DNA from: Burkholderiales bacterium
GTDB lineage: Bacteria; Pseudomonadota; Gammaproteobacteria; Burkholderiales; Usitatibacteraceae
Length of the DNA stretch: 49,393 nucleotides
Assembly (NCBI GenBank): GCA_040379385.1
Contig: JBEILF010000001.1
Span: forward strand, 1 to 49,393
Direction: 5' to 3'
The position numbers and the translations under genes are program-made. A model generated the notes under the pieces. The model saw only the letters and a list, made by a program, of their open reading frames with translations. It did not search any database and was not told the DNA's origin. Below, piece by piece: positions 19,749 through 32,321 of the stretch; position 1 is the stretch's first letter; each line of letters begins with the position of its first letter.

Positions 19749-21296
19749 ATGCAAATCAACCCGGCAGAAATCAGCGAACTCATTAAATCGAAGATCCAAG
19801 GGCTTCCCGCCGCAGCCGAAAAACGCTCCGAAGGCAACGTGATCTCGGTGACGGACGGCATTTGCCGCGTACACGGCTTGGCAGATGTAATGCAGGGCGA
19901 GATGCTTGAGTTTCCAGGCAACACGTTTGGTTTGGCGCTCAACCTCGAGCGCGACTCCGTTGGTGCGGTGGTGCTAGGCGAGTATCAGCACATCAAGGAA
20001 GGCGATACCGTCAAATGTACCGGGCGCATTCTCGAAGTGCCGGTCGGGCCGGAACTACTTGGCCGCGTGGTCAATTCGCTTGGCGCACCGATCGATGGTA
20101 AAGGTCCGATCAATGCAAAGTTGACCGACGTGATTGAAAAGGTCGCGCCTGGTGTGATCGCACGCAAATCGGTGGACCAGCCGGTGCAGACGGGCTTGAA
20201 GGCGATCGATGCTATGGTGCCGGTAGGCCGTGGGCAGCGCGAATTGATCATTGGCGACCGGCAGACGGGTAAAACCGCTGTTGCGATCGACACCATCATC
20301 AACCAAAAAGGCAAAGACATGTTTTGCGTCTACGTGGCAATTGGTCAGAAGGCTTCGACCGTTGCAAACGTGGTGCGTAAGCTCGAAGAAAGTGGCGCGT
20401 TGTCGTACACAATCGTTGTCGCCTCTACCGCGTCTGAGTCAGCCGCGATGCAGTACATCGCAGCCTACTCCGGTTGCACGATGGGTGAGTACTTCCGTGA
20501 CCGCGGCCAAGATGCTTTGATCATCTATGACGATTTGTCCAAGCAAGCCGTCGCGTATCGTCAAGTGTCGCTGCTGCTGCGCCGTCCACCGGGCCGTGAA
20601 GCCTACCCAGGCGACGTGTTCTACCTACACAGTCGCCTACTGGAGCGTGCAGCGCGAGTTAATGCCGACTACGTTGAGAAGTTCACCAACGGTGCCGTTA
20701 AAGATAAGACCGGCTCGCTGACCGCGTTGCCAATTATCGAGACACAGGCGGGTGACGTTTCGGCGTTCGTTCCGACCAACGTGATTTCGATTACCGACGG
20801 TCAGATCTTCTTGGAAACCGATTTGTTCAACGCTGGCATTCGTCCTGCAATTAACGCCGGTATCTCAGTATCGCGTGTGGGTGGTGCGGCGCAAACCAAG
20901 ATCATGAAGCGTAAAGACACCGGAGCTGGCGTTCGACTGGCGCTCGCGCAGTATCGTGAACTCGCCGCGTTTGCACAGTTTGCATCCGATCTAGACGACG
21001 CTACGCGTAAACAGCTCGAACGCGGCAAGATGGTGACCGAACTGATGAAGCAACCACAGTACCAGCCGCTGCAGGTTTGGGAAATGGCCTTGATTCTATT
21101 CGCAGTCAACAATAACTACATGGATGATGTGGACGTCAAGAAGGCCGCCGCGTTTGAAAAAGCACTACGCGATTTCATGAAGTCTAAATATGGTGCGCTA
21201 GTTGATTCGATAGCAACGGCGGCAGCGCTGTCAGGCGACGACGAAAAGGCGCTGCACGCTGCGGTTGCCGACTTCAAGAAAACAGGCGCGTACTAG
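19749..21296 (+). CDS. atpA: F1 ATP synthase subunit alpha
   Basis: Walker A GDRQTGKT. Confidence 0.97.
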   Translation: MQINPAEISELIKSKIQGLPAAAEKRSEGNVISVTDGICRVHGLADVMQGEMLEFPGNTFGLALNLERDSVGAVVLGEYQHIKEGDTVKCTGRILEVPVGPELLGRVVNSLGAPIDGKGPINAKLTDVIEKVAPGVIARKSVDQPVQTGLKAIDAMVPVGRGQRELIIGDRQTGKTAVAIDTIINQKGKDMFCVYVAIGQKASTVANVVRKLEESGALSYTIVVASTASESAAMQYIAAYSGCTMGEYFRDRGQDALIIYDDLSKQAVAYRQVSLLLRRPPGREAYPGDVFYLHSRLLERAARVNADYVEKFTNGAVKDKTGSLTALPIIETQAGDVSAFVPTNVISITDGQIFLETDLFNAGIRPAINAGISVSRVGGAAQTKIMKRKDTGAGVRLALAQYRELAAFAQFASDLDDATRKQLERGKMVTELMKQPQYQPLQVWEMALILFAVNNNYMDDVDVKKAAAFEKALRDFMKSKYGALVDSIATAAALSGDDEKALHAAVADFKKTGAY

Positions 21297-21346
21297 AAAG
21301 TAGGGCGGTGTTGGTAAACGTCTTAGGCGAATCGAAAGACTAGAGA

Positions 21347-22210
21347 ATGGCCGGTTCAAAAGAAATTCGGAACAAGATCAAGAGCGTTGAAAACACGCGA
21401 AAGATCACCAAGGCGATGGAAATGGTCGCGGCATCTAAGATGCGCAAAGCGCAGGAGCGTATGCGTGCCGCTCGACCGTATAGCGAGAAGATTCGCAGTG
21501 TTGCTGCGAACTTGTCGCACGCAAATCCTGACTATAAGCATGTGTTTTTGCAGAAGCGTGATGTGGTGAGAAATGTCGGGGTGATTATGGTGACGTCCGA
21601 CAAGGGCCTCTGCGGCGGTCTTAACACCAATGCGATGCGCATGATGGTCATGAAGATCAAAGAGTGGGAAGGTGCGGATGCGAAGGTGCAGGCCACGGCG
21701 ATAGGCAATAAGGGCCTAGGTTTCTTGATGCGCTACGGAATCCCCGTGACGTCTCAGGTGATCGGCCTGGGAGACAAGCCACATCTCGAAAAAATGATCG
21801 GCCCCATTAAGGCACAGCTAGATCAATTTGCTGATGGCAAGATTGACGCCCTTTATCTCTGCTATACGAAGTTCATTAACACCATGAAGCAAGAGGCGAT
21901 GTGCGAGCAATTGTTGCCATTATCTGGTGACAAGCTCGGTGCGCCTGATTCGTCTTGGGACTATCTGTACGAGCCGGACGCCAAAGCAGTGCTGGATGAA
22001 TTGTTGGAGCGTTACATCGAATCGATCGTATATTCGGCCGTTGCTGAAAACATTGCGTCCGAGCAGTCGGCGCGGATGGTGGCGATGAAGTCAGCGTCGG
22101 ATAACGCCAAGAAAGTTATCGGTGACCTGAAGCTGACCTACAACAAAGCACGTCAGGCGGCGATCACCAAAGAATTGTCGGAGATCGTTGGCGGTGCAGC
22201 GGCCGTTTAG
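21347..22210 (+). CDS. atpG: F1 ATP synthase subunit gamma
   Basis: N-terminal [25 protein letters not shown] and C-terminal [14 protein letters not shown]. Confidence 0.95.
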   Translation: MAGSKEIRNKIKSVENTRKITKAMEMVAASKMRKAQERMRAARPYSEKIRSVAANLSHANPDYKHVFLQKRDVVRNVGVIMVTSDKGLCGGLNTNAMRMMVMKIKEWEGADAKVQATAIGNKGLGFLMRYGIPVTSQVIGLGDKPHLEKMIGPIKAQLDQFADGKIDALYLCYTKFINTMKQEAMCEQLLPLSGDKLGAPDSSWDYLYEPDAKAVLDELLERYIESIVYSAVAENIASEQSARMVAMKSASDNAKKVIGDLKLTYNKARQAAITKELSEIVGGAAAV

Positions 22211-22238
22211 GATCCTGCAGCGATCAGTCTTCAGTTAG

Positions 22239-23693
<1,455 letters not shown>

Positions 23694-23800
23694 CCCCGTT
23701 AGGGCCTGCTGCTTGTTTTGAACACCCAACGTATTGAAGCCTTGGCGCGGTCGCGGTGAAGTATGGATACCCGTCTTGAGCTGAACAACCGAAAGCATTT

Positions 23801-24211
23801 ATGGCAACACTCCACGTCAATATCGTGTCAGCAGAACAATCCATCTTTTCAGGTGACGCTGAGATGGTCGTCGTGCCTGGTGAGTCCGGTGAGCTAGGTA
23901 TTCTGCCTCTACACACGCCCCTGCTCACGCGCATCAGGCCGGGGACGGTCAAAGTCAAGCTTGGCGGGGGCAACGAGGAGTTGGTTTTTGTGTCGGGCGG
24001 TATCCTTGAAGTCCAGCCGAAAGCACTCACAATTCTTGCCAACACGTCAATTCGCGCAAAAGATCTTGACGAGGCCAAGGTTATGCAAGCAAAGCAAGCT
24101 GCAGAGGAAGCGCTCGCTAACCGGCAAAGTGGCCAAGAGCGGGCAGTTGTCCAAGCGGAGTTGTCACAACTCGCTGCGCAACTGGCCGCCATAAGAAAGT
24201 TGCGTAAGTGA
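23801..24211 (+). CDS. atpC: F1 ATP synthase subunit epsilon
   Basis: [15 protein letters not shown] at the N-terminus, at the expected operon position. Confidence 0.9.
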   Translation: MATLHVNIVSAEQSIFSGDAEMVVVPGESGELGILPLHTPLLTRIRPGTVKVKLGGGNEELVFVSGGILEVQPKALTILANTSIRAKDLDEAKVMQAKQAAEEALANRQSGQERAVVQAELSQLAAQLAAIRKLRK

Positions 24212-24268
24212 GCAAACTTTGATACCATTGACTTGCCGTAACGGTTTAGAGGCGCAGTAAAAACTTCA

Positions 24269-24298
24269 GGCAGTGGGGGTTCTCCACTGCCTTTTTTA
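24269..24298 (+). terminator. rho-independent terminator after atpC
   Basis: The stem GGCAGTGG / CCACTGCC is followed by T6. Confidence 0.75.
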
Positions 24299-24351
24299 TT
24301 GTGGCCCGAATGGCCCATGGTGGTGCTGAATATCCATTGTAAGTACTTTAT

Positions 24352-25728
24352 ATGCCATCATTAGCAATCGTTATCTTGGCAGCGGGCCAAGGTAAGCGCA
24401 TGAAGTCCGCGCTACCAAAAGTGCTGCACGCTATCGGCGGGATTCCGATGTTGCAGCGAGTTGTTAATGTCGCCGAGGCGCTATCGCCCGACAAAGTCGT
24501 GATCGTCTATGGACACGGCGGCGAGACGGTGCGCGCCGCACTTACATCGAACACAGGTCTAATCTGGGTGAAGCAAGAACCCCAGCTCGGCACTGGCCAT
24601 GCTGTGCTCCAAGCAATGCCGTATGTTGCGCAGACACAAACAACGCTTATCCTCTACGGTGACGTTCCCTTGATTGGCGAAGCAACGCTCAACAACCTCG
24701 TCGACGTTGCAGCGCAGGGTGGTGTGGGTTGGCTGACAAACGTGGTGTCGAACCCAGAGGGTCTCGGGAGGATAATTCGGGACGCTAGCGGTGCGGTGAT
24801 GGCAATCGTCGAAGAAAGCGACGCAACCCCTGCCCAACGAGCTATCTGCGAAATCAATACGGGATTCTTGGCATGCCCAACTGCAGGCTTGGCGCGCTGG
24901 TTGCCGATGTTAGGTAATCGCAATGCACAAGGCGAATACTATCTTACCGATATTCTCGAGATGGCAGTTGCGGAGGGAATAAACATCACCACGCACACGC
25001 CCAAGCATAGTTGGGAGGTGATCGGAATCAACAGCAAGGATCAACTCGCGTCGTTGGAACGCGTCTACCAGCAGGAGAATGCTAAAAAACTGATGGCAAG
25101 TGGCGTAACGCTTCTAGACCCGTCACGCCTTGACATCAGGGGTGAACTAGTATGCGAAAGTGACGTGACCATCGATGTCAACGTCCTTGTTGAGGGGCAA
25201 GTATGGCTAGGGCGCAACGTTTCAATTGGTGCCAATACAGTACTCAAGAACTGTCACATAGGCGAGGGCACCAACGTACTTCCATTCACCCACATTGACT
25301 CCGCGATCATCGGTGCCAATGCTCGCATCGGACCATACGCCAGAATCCGTCCAGACACCAAGCTTGCGGATGAGGTACACATCGGAAATTTTGTGGAAGT
25401 AAAGGCCAGCGAAATCGGTGCTGGTTCCAAGGCAAACCACCTAAGTTACATCGGCGATACAACAGTGGGTTCAAGCGTCAATATTGGCGCGGGAACAATT
25501 ACCTGTAACTATGACGGTGCGAACAAACATCGAACCGTTATTGGCGACAACGTTCACATCGGCTCGGACGTACAGCTGATCGCCCCAGTTACCATCAACA
25601 CAGGTGCCACGATTGGAGCGGGGACCACCGTCTGGAAAGACGTCGCCGCAGCCTCTCTCATCGTCAACCCGAAGACGCAAGCGGCAACTCCGAACTGGCA
25701 GCGCCCCGCCAAGAAAACAAAGAACTAG
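24352..25728 (+). CDS. glmU: bifunctional GlcNAc-1-P uridyltransferase / GlcN-1-P acetyltransferase
   Basis: [11 protein letters not shown] and C-terminal left-handed beta-helix hexapeptide repeats. Confidence 0.95.
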   Translation: MPSLAIVILAAGQGKRMKSALPKVLHAIGGIPMLQRVVNVAEALSPDKVVIVYGHGGETVRAALTSNTGLIWVKQEPQLGTGHAVLQAMPYVAQTQTTLILYGDVPLIGEATLNNLVDVAAQGGVGWLTNVVSNPEGLGRIIRDASGAVMAIVEESDATPAQRAICEINTGFLACPTAGLARWLPMLGNRNAQGEYYLTDILEMAVAEGINITTHTPKHSWEVIGINSKDQLASLERVYQQENAKKLMASGVTLLDPSRLDIRGELVCESDVTIDVNVLVEGQVWLGRNVSIGANTVLKNCHIGEGTNVLPFTHIDSAIIGANARIGPYARIRPDTKLADEVHIGNFVEVKASEIGAGSKANHLSYIGDTTVGSSVNIGAGTITCNYDGANKHRTVIGDNVHIGSDVQLIAPVTINTGATIGAGTTVWKDVAAASLIVNPKTQAATPNWQRPAKKTKN

Positions 25729-25730
25729 CC

Positions 25731-27587
25731 ATGTGTGGAATTGTGGGAGCAATCTCCTCACGCGACATCGTGCCGATTTTGACCGAAGGTTTAAAACGTC
25801 TTGAGTATCGAGGATACGACTCGTCAGGGTTGGCGGTCATGTCTGCTGGGTCTAAAGAGATAGCGCGCGTCAGACGAGTTGGCCGGGTCGCAGAAATGGA
25901 ACATGCAGTAGCTGCGAAAAAATTAACCGGTCTAATTGGAATCGGCCACACTCGTTGGGCAACACATGGTGGTGTAACTGAACCGAATGCACATCCACAC
26001 GTGTCGCAGCGTGAAATTGCCGTGGTTCACAATGGCATTATTGAAAACCACGAGACGCTCCGTGCCCTGCTCAAGCAACGCGGTTATGTATTTGAGTCCC
26101 AGACTGATACTGAAGTCATCGCACATTTGGTTCATCACTATTTCCAACTCTCTGGTAATTTGTTCAGAGCTGTACAGATCGCAGTCAGAGAAATGCATGG
26201 TGCCTATGCAATCGGGGTTATTGCGCGATCACACCCAGACCTGCTGATATGCGCTAGGGTGGGCTGTCCGCTCTTGATCGGCGTCGGCAAGGTTGGACCT
26301 AGCGGTACCATGACTGAGAATTTTATTGCCTCTGATGTTTCCGCCATCTTGCAAGTTACGCGCAACGTCATGTACCTAGAGGAAGGCGATGTTGCTGCAA
26401 TCACCTGTGCTTCGATTTCGGTGGTGAATCGCCAGGGAAGCCCGGTTGAGCGTGCCATCCATGTTTCCGATGTGAGCGATGATGCAAACGATCTCGGGCC
26501 GTATACCCACTTTATGCAAAAGGAGATCCACGAGCAGCCGCGGAGGATCGCCGATACCCTAGAAGCGGTTCTGACTAACGGTATTGATGTTGCCCAATAT
26601 GGAGCTAACGCTGAATCCTATTTTGCAGGGGCGACCAGTGTACTCATACTCGCATCTGGTACCAGCTACTACGCAGGTATGGTCGCAAAGCAGTGGATCG
26701 AGTCGATTGCCCGAGTCCAGTGCCAAATCGAGTTGGGCCATGAGTACCGCTACCGCGAATCGCTGCCCGATCCGCGTCAGCTTGTAGTCACAATTTCGCA
26801 ATCCGGCGAAACGCTTGACACGATGGAGGCGCTAAAGCGCGCAAAGCAGCTCGGCCACAGCGCAACTTTGTCTATTTGCAATGTGAGAGAGTCGGCAATT
26901 CCGCGTGCATCAGCAATGGCGTTCTACACAAGGGCTGGTGCGGAGATTGGCGTTGCGTCAACCAAGGCCTTTACCACCCAGCTCGCCGCGTTGTTTACCT
27001 TCGCGTTATCACTTGCGAAATCAAAGGCTCGCCTAGGCGCAGAACAGGAAACTGCCTATCTTGATCAATTGCGCTTTGTGCCGGGAAGCGTGCAGCATGC
27101 GCTGAATCTTGAACCGCAAATACAATCATGGGCCGAGTTGTTTGCACAGAAAAATCATGCGCTGTATCTCGGGCGCGGATTGCACTATCCCATTGCACTA
27201 GAAGGCGCGCTTAAACTAAAGGAAACTTCATATATCCACGCCGAGGCATATCCTGCCGGCGAACTTAAACACGGTCCACTAGCACTAGTCGACAGCAACA
27301 TGCCAGTTGTCGTTGTTGCCCCAAACGATGTACTGCTTGAGAAGGTGAAGTCGAATATGCAAGAAGTGCGTGCTAGAGGCGGCGAACTATTTGTATTCTC
27401 CGACGCAGACAGCCACTTTCATGAAAGTGAAGGTATACATGTCATCCGCACTCCTCGTCACGCAGGACTACTTTCTCCTATCATCCACGCTATTCCAGTC
27501 CAACTGCTTGCATATCACACGGCTCTTAAACGAGGAACCGATGTGGACAAGCCACGAAACCTGGCAAAATCTGTGACGGTGGAATAA
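25731..27587 (+). CDS. glmS: glutamine-fructose-6-phosphate aminotransferase
   Basis: MCGIVG Ntn nucleophile, two SIS domains and the C-terminal KSVTVE. Confidence 0.97.
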   Translation: MCGIVGAISSRDIVPILTEGLKRLEYRGYDSSGLAVMSAGSKEIARVRRVGRVAEMEHAVAAKKLTGLIGIGHTRWATHGGVTEPNAHPHVSQREIAVVHNGIIENHETLRALLKQRGYVFESQTDTEVIAHLVHHYFQLSGNLFRAVQIAVREMHGAYAIGVIARSHPDLLICARVGCPLLIGVGKVGPSGTMTENFIASDVSAILQVTRNVMYLEEGDVAAITCASISVVNRQGSPVERAIHVSDVSDDANDLGPYTHFMQKEIHEQPRRIADTLEAVLTNGIDVAQYGANAESYFAGATSVLILASGTSYYAGMVAKQWIESIARVQCQIELGHEYRYRESLPDPRQLVVTISQSGETLDTMEALKRAKQLGHSATLSICNVRESAIPRASAMAFYTRAGAEIGVASTKAFTTQLAALFTFALSLAKSKARLGAEQETAYLDQLRFVPGSVQHALNLEPQIQSWAELFAQKNHALYLGRGLHYPIALEGALKLKETSYIHAEAYPAGELKHGPLALVDSNMPVVVVAPNDVLLEKVKSNMQEVRARGGELFVFSDADSHFHESEGIHVIRTPRHAGLLSPIIHAIPVQLLAYHTALKRGTDVDKPRNLAKSVTVE

Positions 27588-27655
27588 GCTTGTCTCTGCC
27601 AAACGCACTACGCGCAACAGCTTGAACCCACCTAGATCTCCCTTGGTACGGGGAT

Positions 27656-27686
27656 GATTGTTGTACCACCTGTCGGTACAACAATC
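27656..27686. terminator. perfect 12-bp hairpin between the convergent glmS and pilU
   Basis: GATTGTTGTACC-acctgtc-GGTACAACAATC. It has no clear U-tract and overlaps the pilU stop codon. Confidence 0.4.
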
Positions 27687-28824
27687 ACTTCACAATTTCT
27701 AGGTGCTCAAGACCGGATGCCAAATCTTTGTCTTTTGCGGACTTGCCATTTAGCTTGATATTCAAGCGCAGATCATTCAGCGAATCGGCGTTGCGCAGTG
27801 CGTCTTCATATGAGATGAAGTCGCCCTCGTAGAGATCGAACAACGCCTGATCAAACGTCTGCATGCCAATTTCGCGAGAGCGTTTCATGATCTCCTTGAT
27901 TTCGTTTACCTCACCCTTGAAGATCAAGTCCTGAACCAAGGGTGAATTGAGAAGAATCTCAATCGCCGCAACACGACCGTTGCCTTCTTTTTTCGGAATC
28001 AAACGCTGTGACACAAACGCCTTCCGGTTCAGCGAAAGATCCATCAGCAACTGGTGTCGACGCTCTTCTGGGAAGAAGTTGATGATCCGGTCCAACGCTT
28101 GGTTGGTCGAGCTCGCGTGTAGTGTGGACATGCAAAGGTGGCCCGTCTCGGCAAACGCAATTGCGTAATCCATTGTTTCGCGGTCACGAATCTCGCCAAT
28201 CACAATCACGTCTGGCGCTTGGCGCAGAGAATTCTTAAGAGCCGCAAACCAGTTGTCGGTATCAACGCCAATTTCGCGCTGCGTGACGACACAGTTTTTG
28301 TGATCATGCACGTATTCGACGGGGTCTTCGATGGTGATGATGTGGCCGTACGTGTTCTCGTTGCGATAACCGATCATCGCCGCTAGTGTCGTAGACTTTC
28401 CCGAGCCGGTACCGCCAACCAAAATGACAAGGCCGCGTTTGGTCATCACTACATCTTTGAGAATCGGCGGCAGATTCAAGTCTTCCATTTTCGGTATCGC
28501 CGTCGTGATGGTGCGCAACACTAGCCCGATACGTCCTTGCTGAACAAACGCATTGACACGAAAACGGCCAATACCAGCCGGCGCGATCGCAAAATTACAT
28601 TCTTTGGTCGCCTCAAATTCTGCGGTTTGCTTCTCCGTCATGATGGAGCGCGCGATCTCGCTAGTATGCACAGGCGACAGGCTCGATTGCGACACAGGCG
28701 TTATCTTGCCGTCAATCTTAATTGCCGGCGGAAATCCCGCCGTAATGAACAAGTCCGAGCCTTTCTTGGCGACCATTGCACGCAATAATTCGTGCACAAA
28801 CTTTAGAGCCTGTTCTCGTTCCAT
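27685..28824 (-). CDS. pilU: type IV pilus retraction ATPase PilU
   Basis: PilT-family protein with Walker A GGTGSGKST. It is 379 aa and encoded downstream of pilT. Confidence 0.85.
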   Translation of the reverse strand: MEREQALKFVHELLRAMVAKKGSDLFITAGFPPAIKIDGKITPVSQSSLSPVHTSEIARSIMTEKQTAEFEATKECNFAIAPAGIGRFRVNAFVQQGRIGLVLRTITTAIPKMEDLNLPPILKDVVMTKRGLVILVGGTGSGKSTTLAAMIGYRNENTYGHIITIEDPVEYVHDHKNCVVTQREIGVDTDNWFAALKNSLRQAPDVIVIGEIRDRETMDYAIAFAETGHLCMSTLHASSTNQALDRIINFFPEERRHQLLMDLSLNRKAFVSQRLIPKKEGNGRVAAIEILLNSPLVQDLIFKGEVNEIKEIMKRSREIGMQTFDQALFDLYEGDFISYEDALRNADSLNDLRLNIKLNGKSAKDKDLASGLEHLEIVK

Positions 28825-28878
28825 GATTTAACTCTCGCAACTGAGCATATTGATGCAGATCCGCAAACGTTGCGTCAA

Positions 28879-29919
28879 TTAGTTGAACGCCTCTTTGTTT
28901 GAAGCCTTGTTGCGCGCCTCAGCGACGGAAATGACGTTGCGGCGGACCAAGTCTGCGAGGCATTGATCCATTGTTTGCATGCCGATTGATCCACCGGTCT
29001 GAATCGCTGAATACATCTGGGCGACTTTTGCTTCGCGAATCAGGTTACGAATGGCGGGTGTACCAATCATGATCTCGTGTGCGGCAGCGCGCCCTTGACC
29101 GTCCTTAGTTTTGCAAAGCGTTTGCGAAATCACCGCGCGCAGACTCTCTGATAACATCGCACGGATCATTTCTTTTTCCGCTGCCGGGAAAACGTCAATG
29201 ATGCGGTCGACTGTTTTGGCTGCTGAAGAAGTATGCAACGTACCGAATACAAGGTGTCCGGTTTCAGCTGCGGTCATGGCGAGGCGAATGGTCTCAAGAT
29301 CGCGCATCTCACCCACCAGAATGATGTCCGGATCTTCACGCAAGGCGGACTTCAATGCGTTTGCAAACGAAAGTGTATGTGGGCCGACCTCGCGCTGGTT
29401 CATGAGGCATTTTTTCGACTCGTGAACGAACTCAATTGGGTCTTCCACAGTCAGGATATGGCCGTATTCATTCTCATTGATGTCATTGACCATCGCCGCC
29501 AGCGTGGTCGATTTTCCAGATCCGGTTGGACCTGTCACCAGCACCATGCCACGCGGCTGCTTGGCAATTTCGGCAAAAATTTTCGGTGCATTGAGGTCTT
29601 CAAGCGACAGAATCTTTGACGGAATTGTTCGCATCACCGCGCCTGCTCCGCGGTGATGGTTGAATGCATTTACGCGGAACCGAGCAAGATTAGGAATCTC
29701 GAATGAGAAGTCACACTCCAAGTTCTCTTCATATTGCTTGCGCTGGCCATCGTTCATGATGTCGTACACCATAGCGTGGACATCGTCATGGGACAAGGCG
29801 GGCACATTGATCCGTCGAACGTCGCCATGCACCCGAATCATCGGCGGAAGACCTGCCGAAAGATGTAAATCCGATGCTTTATTCTTGACGCCAAAGGCGA
29901 GCAATTCGGCGATTTCCAT
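28879..29919 (-). CDS. pilT: type IV pilus twitching motility ATPase PilT
   Basis: ASDLHLSAG, Walker A GPTGSGKST and the AIRNLIRE motif. Confidence 0.92.
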   Translation of the reverse strand: MEIAELLAFGVKNKASDLHLSAGLPPMIRVHGDVRRINVPALSHDDVHAMVYDIMNDGQRKQYEENLECDFSFEIPNLARFRVNAFNHHRGAGAVMRTIPSKILSLEDLNAPKIFAEIAKQPRGMVLVTGPTGSGKSTTLAAMVNDINENEYGHILTVEDPIEFVHESKKCLMNQREVGPHTLSFANALKSALREDPDIILVGEMRDLETIRLAMTAAETGHLVFGTLHTSSAAKTVDRIIDVFPAAEKEMIRAMLSESLRAVISQTLCKTKDGQGRAAAHEIMIGTPAIRNLIREAKVAQMYSAIQTGGSIGMQTMDQCLADLVRRNVISVAEARNKASNKEAFN

Positions 29920-29962
29920 TTATACTTTTCTCTCTCAAAACGTCGCATTTCTGTGACTGATT

Positions 29963-30706
29963 ATGTTCTCAATTGCCACCAACTTGCAAGGCGCTTACCA
30001 GGCTCGTGACGTCGCGATCGCGCGACGCTCGGCACGGTTTGCATCCCCAGTGGTGCTCGTCGCGGTGTCAAAGACAAAGCCTATACGCGATATCGAGGCC
30101 GCGTTCGGTGCCGGCCAGAACGCATTTGGCGAGAATTATGTCCAAGAAGCCTGCGACAAGATACACGCTCTCGCGGCGTTGCGGCCTTTGGGTATCGAAT
30201 GGCATTTGCTTGGTCCGCTGCAAAGCAACAAGGCAAAGTTGGCCGCGCTCAACTTTGATTGGGTGCAAACTGTAGATAGATTGAAGATTGCTGAGGCGCT
30301 ATCGAGGTATCGGGTTGAAGCCCGACTGCCACCCCTCAACGTCCTAGTGCAGGTCAATGCAAGCGGCGAGTCGCAAAAGAGCGGCGTCGCTCCTGAGGCT
30401 ATCTCGGATTTGTCTATGCCAATTAGTCGGCTTCCAGGGTTGCGACTAAGAGGATTGATGTCGATTGTTGAAAATACCCCTGATGAGTCCACGCTTCGCC
30501 ACCAATTTCGGCTGCTGAGAAAACATTTTGAGGCGCTACATCAGGAGCAGCCGACTGTAGATACACTCTCGATGGGTATGTCCGGTGACTTTGCGATTGC
30601 AATCGACGAAGGAGCGACGATGGTAAGAGTAGGTAGCCTCATTTTTGGTGCGCGTCGGGTTTTGGGGCCGCACAACACACTTGGCACAGTTCCCTCGAAC
30701 GAATGA
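29963..30706 (+). CDS. yggS: YggS-family pyridoxal-phosphate homeostasis protein
   Basis: LVAVSKTKP contains the PLP lysine, and HLLGPLQSNK is present. Confidence 0.88.
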   Translation: MFSIATNLQGAYQARDVAIARRSARFASPVVLVAVSKTKPIRDIEAAFGAGQNAFGENYVQEACDKIHALAALRPLGIEWHLLGPLQSNKAKLAALNFDWVQTVDRLKIAEALSRYRVEARLPPLNVLVQVNASGESQKSGVAPEAISDLSMPISRLPGLRLRGLMSIVENTPDESTLRHQFRLLRKHFEALHQEQPTVDTLSMGMSGDFAIAIDEGATMVRVGSLIFGARRVLGPHNTLGTVPSNE

Positions 30707-31554
30707 AAAAAATCTTGTTCATTGGCGGCGGCAAGATGATGCAAGCTATCACGGCTGGTCTTGTCAGGCAGGGCTGGGGGCCTGATGGTATTGCCGCAGT
30801 CGAGCCGAATGAGTCGGTGGCAATTGAAGTTGAGCGTCTCGGAGCTACCGTTTACCCTTCTGCTGACGATGCACTAGGTAGCTTGGCCGAAGCAGGCATC
30901 ATCGTCTTGGCGGTAAAGCCGCAGGTAATGCAAGACGCGCTGCTGCCCTTAACGGGAAAAATTGCGAGTCAACAACTGGTCATTAGCATTGCCGCCGGAT
31001 TGAGGGTGCGCGATCTACTGCGCTGGTTGGACGGGGGCACGGGATGTATGCGGTCTGCCCAAATGGTTCGTGCAATGCCGAACACGCCCGCGCTGATTCA
31101 AAAGGGTATCACCGGCCTGTACGCAGCCCCACATCTGACAGCCGTCGGAAGAAGCGACGCAGAACAATTGATGGGTGCGGTCGGCGAGGTAGTCTGGTTT
31201 GAAGAAGAATCCATGCTCGATGCCGTTACCGCAGTTTCAGGCAGCGGCCCAGCTTACGTCTTTTATTTTCTAGAGGCGCTGGAATCTGCTGCGCAAGAGT
31301 TGGGCTTTTCGCCAGATGTGGCGCGCAAATTTGCGAGGCAAACCTTCCTTGGCTCCGTACACCTTGCGTGTGCGGGCGCAGAATCACCAGCGACGTTGCG
31401 GGCCAATGTGACATCGCGGCATGGTACCACCGAGGCCGCAATTTCAGCGTTTGATCAAGCGCAAATGAAGGCACAGTTTGTGCGCGGAGTGCGCGCTGCG
31501 GCGGAGCGCGCACAGGAGCTAGGCGATCAGTTATCAAAGGCGAAGTCATGCTGA
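30703..31554 (+). CDS. proC: pyrroline-5-carboxylate reductase
   Basis: FIGGGKM Rossmann motif and the SRHGTTEAAI motif. An ATGA overlap links it to yggS. Confidence 0.9.
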   Translation: MKKILFIGGGKMMQAITAGLVRQGWGPDGIAAVEPNESVAIEVERLGATVYPSADDALGSLAEAGIIVLAVKPQVMQDALLPLTGKIASQQLVISIAAGLRVRDLLRWLDGGTGCMRSAQMVRAMPNTPALIQKGITGLYAAPHLTAVGRSDAEQLMGAVGEVVWFEEESMLDAVTAVSGSGPAYVFYFLEALESAAQELGFSPDVARKFARQTFLGSVHLACAGAESPATLRANVTSRHGTTEAAISAFDQAQMKAQFVRGVRAAAERAQELGDQLSKAKSC

Positions 31555-32147
31555 TTCAATCCCTCGTTTTTTTGCTCGAAAGCCTAGGCCAGATGTGGAT
31601 ACTCGCGGTATTGCTGCGATTCTTTTCCCAGGCGTTGCGTGCTCCATTTCGCGCCCGCGCGGGTAATCCGCTGGCAGACTTCATCATGGCGCTGACCGAC
31701 TGGGCGATTGCACCTGCGAGGCGTATTTTCCCCAGTATCTACCGACAGGATACGGCGTCTATCGTTGTGGCCTGGGGGGCGACCGCTCTGCTCTCATTGG
31801 CCGTACTTTCATTGAGTAACAAGGCGTCGCTTGCGTCACCAATGTTTTGGCCGGGTCTGCTGGCGTTTAGCTTTGTCGAGTTGATACGGCTTTCCGTCTA
31901 TTTGTTTATTGGGATGATGATTGTCCATGCCATACTTTCATGGATAAGCCCCTATCACCCGCTGCAACCTTTCTTCAACGCCATGACACGGCCAATATTG
32001 AAACCGGTGCAGAAGCTGATTCCATTGATCGGCGGTGTTGATTTGTCCCCGTTGTTGGTCATCTTGCTGCTCCAAGTATTGTTGATTGGCCCGTTGTTGT
32101 TCTTGGCAACTGAAGCGACGCTGTTAATGAACTGGATGCCTCGGTAG
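31548..32147 (+). CDS. yggT: YggT-family membrane protein
   Basis: Two YGGT repeats (G.DLSPL) in the conserved position after proC. Confidence 0.8.
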   Translation: MLIQSLVFLLESLGQMWILAVLLRFFSQALRAPFRARAGNPLADFIMALTDWAIAPARRIFPSIYRQDTASIVVAWGATALLSLAVLSLSNKASLASPMFWPGLLAFSFVELIRLSVYLFIGMMIVHAILSWISPYHPLQPFFNAMTRPILKPVQKLIPLIGGVDLSPLLVILLLQVLLIGPLLFLATEATLLMNWMPR

Positions 32148-32321
32148 CAGGGGGCAATAAACGCCGGTAAGATATCGCTGTCTTTGGTGCGCCGTGGACA
32201 AATACGCTTTCGAATAACCGGTTTTCGGCGGAAAACTTCGAGTGCGAGTCGGGCGCTTGCCCCACAGTTGACGTCGCTCTTTGATTTCACCGCGCCACAA
32301 ACAATTTCTTGAGCCTGGTTA

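Noticed and set aside
18715-19874. Three ~190-aa minus-strand ORFs antisense to atpF/atpH, and similarly 23686-24318 antisense to atpC and 15857-16615 antisense to the HMG-CoA lyase gene
   Set aside because: These are antisense shadows of well-supported genes with Ala/Arg-rich biased composition. None has a recognisable domain.
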